Positions 42,786-43,738 of a stretch of DNA of 43,738 bases are shown in pieces (position 1 is the stretch's first letter; every line of letters begins with the position of its first letter). Both the position numbers and the translations under genes were made by a program. Under the pieces are notes generated by a model. That model did not search any database. It was not told where the DNA came from and was given only the letters and a program-made list of their open reading frames with translations. Source of the stretch: a virus; the IMG/VR virus record IMGVR_UViG_3300038701_001717, positions 1 to 43,738 of that record; one strand, given 5' to 3'.

Positions 42786-43324
42786 TGGCCAAAAAGAAGG
42801 ATGAAAATAAGCGCGTAATATTCCGTCGAGTTGGCGGACGTGTCATTCCAATTACTTTGGCTGGTGGTGCAGCTCTAGAAGCTTCTAGAAGAAAAACTGT
42901 ATATAGGGGGCAGAACCTTGTTGTTAAGCAAAGAAAATCAATATTCACAAGAACCACAACTTTAAAAGCTATCCGTAGTTATCCACTTTTAAATTCATCA
43001 AGAGTTGTGGGGAAAGCTGTTTTTCAGAAGCAAAAAAAGAACAGAGCAAAAATTAAATATTTTGAGGCTCTTGATAAGAGATCAGCTCCAGCTCTTTTTT
43101 CATCAATGAATAAGAGTGCGAAGAAACAGAAAATAAAATTTTTCAATTCAATTGCAGTCAATCCAAGAGTTGCTGACATAACAAAAGCAAGAAAAGGAAA
43201 ACTTCTATCTATATCAAAATCAGGAGTACGATTTGTAGGAGCTAGAGCGGCCAAAGGTGAAATAACTAGAGCAAGAAAAGGTTATGTTCGAGCAGGCATA
43301 AAAGCAATAATGAAGGTGAAATGA
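42785..43324 (+). CDS. Basic protein, RVIPI-tag paralog A
   Basis: 179 aa. GTG start overlaps the portal TAG. Translation is MAKKKDENKRVIFRRVGGRVIPITLAGGAALEAS... and is very Lys/Arg rich. Confidence 0.75.
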   Translation: MAKKKDENKRVIFRRVGGRVIPITLAGGAALEASRRKTVYRGQNLVVKQRKSIFTRTTTLKAIRSYPLLNSSRVVGKAVFQKQKKNRAKIKYFEALDKRSAPALFSSMNKSAKKQKIKFFNSIAVNPRVADITKARKGKLLSISKSGVRFVGARAAKGEITRARKGYVRAGIKAIMKVK

Positions 43325-43738
43325 TGAAAAAACGTGATCAAAATAAAAGAGTTATCTTTCGCAGAGTGAGAGGTCGGATCATTCCAATAAAAATTGCTAC
43401 AAATAAAAGAACCAACAGTCTTTCTGAAGGCGGGAAGTATGTAGCTGGTGGAGCTGCTATAGCTGCAGGATCGGGAAAAATTTATAAAGAGGTGAATAAA
43501 TTCTCTACTCGTAAAAGCATGAAAGCTTTCAGATCTCTTGAGAGAATATCAAACTATCCAAAAGCTGGTGGCTCTCAACTTACATTTTTTCAAAGGCAAA
43601 GACAGTTTAAGGCTTTTAAATTGGCAGAAAAGGCTAGCAACTCAGCAACAAAAGTTGGCAAGGTTGCAAGGCCATTGAGAAAACTTGGCACTGCATCAGC
43701 AGCAGTTTTTATTGGCTATGGAGCTGCAAAAGTCACTA
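43321..43738 (+). CDS. Basic Gly/Ala-rich morphogenesis-module protein, RVIPI-tag paralog B (5' part; continues over the circular junction to the stop at 310..312, about 200 aa in total)
   Basis: ATGATG start overlaps the upstream TGA. Translation is MMKKRDQNKRVIFRRVRGRIIPIKIATNKR...FKAFKLAEKASNS. Position 43621 equals position 10, and the offset from 43321 is divisible by 3. Confidence 0.8.
   Translation, partial: MMKKRDQNKRVIFRRVRGRIIPIKIATNKRTNSLSEGGKYVAGGAAIAAGSGKIYKEVNKFSTRKSMKAFRSLERISNYPKAGGSQLTFFQRQRQFKAFKLAEKASNSATKVGKVARPLRKLGTASAAVFIGYGAAKVT
43612..43738. repeat. Terminal direct repeat copy 2, an exact duplicate of 1..127
   Basis: Same 127-nt string as the window start. The unit genome length is therefore 43611 bp. 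Confidence 0.95.

Overview
The window is a complete, circularly closed tailed-phage genome of about 43.6 kb. Bases 1-127 are repeated exactly at 43612-43738, and one CDS reads in frame across that junction. All roughly 70 credible genes lie on the + strand. They are tightly packed, with ATGA/TAATG overlaps and GGAG-type ribosome binding sites.

Gene order from the junction:
- Head: MuF-like head protein, scaffold, major capsid, head-tail connector genes.
- Tail and baseplate, in the same order as phage Mu: sheath, tube, chaperone (with a probable -1 frameshift extension), tape measure, LysM tail protein, hub, spike, gp25/W, J and I-like proteins.
- Three fibre or receptor-binding genes, one with a poly-glycine C-terminal domain and one a 7-blade RCC1 propeller.
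- A GT9 (heptosyltransferase-like) glycosyltransferase.
- Lysis genes: holin candidates, an overlapped spanin pair and an endolysin, followed by LamG, Ig-like and papain-like genes.
- A 225-bp regulatory gap.
- An exonuclease plus annealing-protein recombination pair and replication-initiator-like genes.
- A 390-bp non-coding region.
- About 25 small early genes.
- A sigma-70-family factor, small and large terminase, portal, and two basic paralogs.

I saw no integrase, transposase, DNA polymerase, helicase, tRNA or CRISPR array. Overlapped spanins, LPS-type GT9 chemistry and a GH108 lysin point to a Gram-negative host, which is otherwise unidentified.

The most unusual items are:
1. Three very basic Gly/Ala-zipper proteins that share an N-terminal RVIFRRxGRVIPI-type tag, plus a histone-H1-tail-like poly-lysine protein, all inside the morphogenesis module.
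2. An endolysin fusing a GH108 muramidase to an L,D-transpeptidase-fold (YkuD_2) domain.
3. A GT9 glycosyltransferase directly after the fibre genes.
4. Helically phased short repeats in two non-coding gaps, and iteron-like repeats inside the putative initiator gene.
5. A recurrent TTTAAACGGGAGG element at operon-internal restart points.
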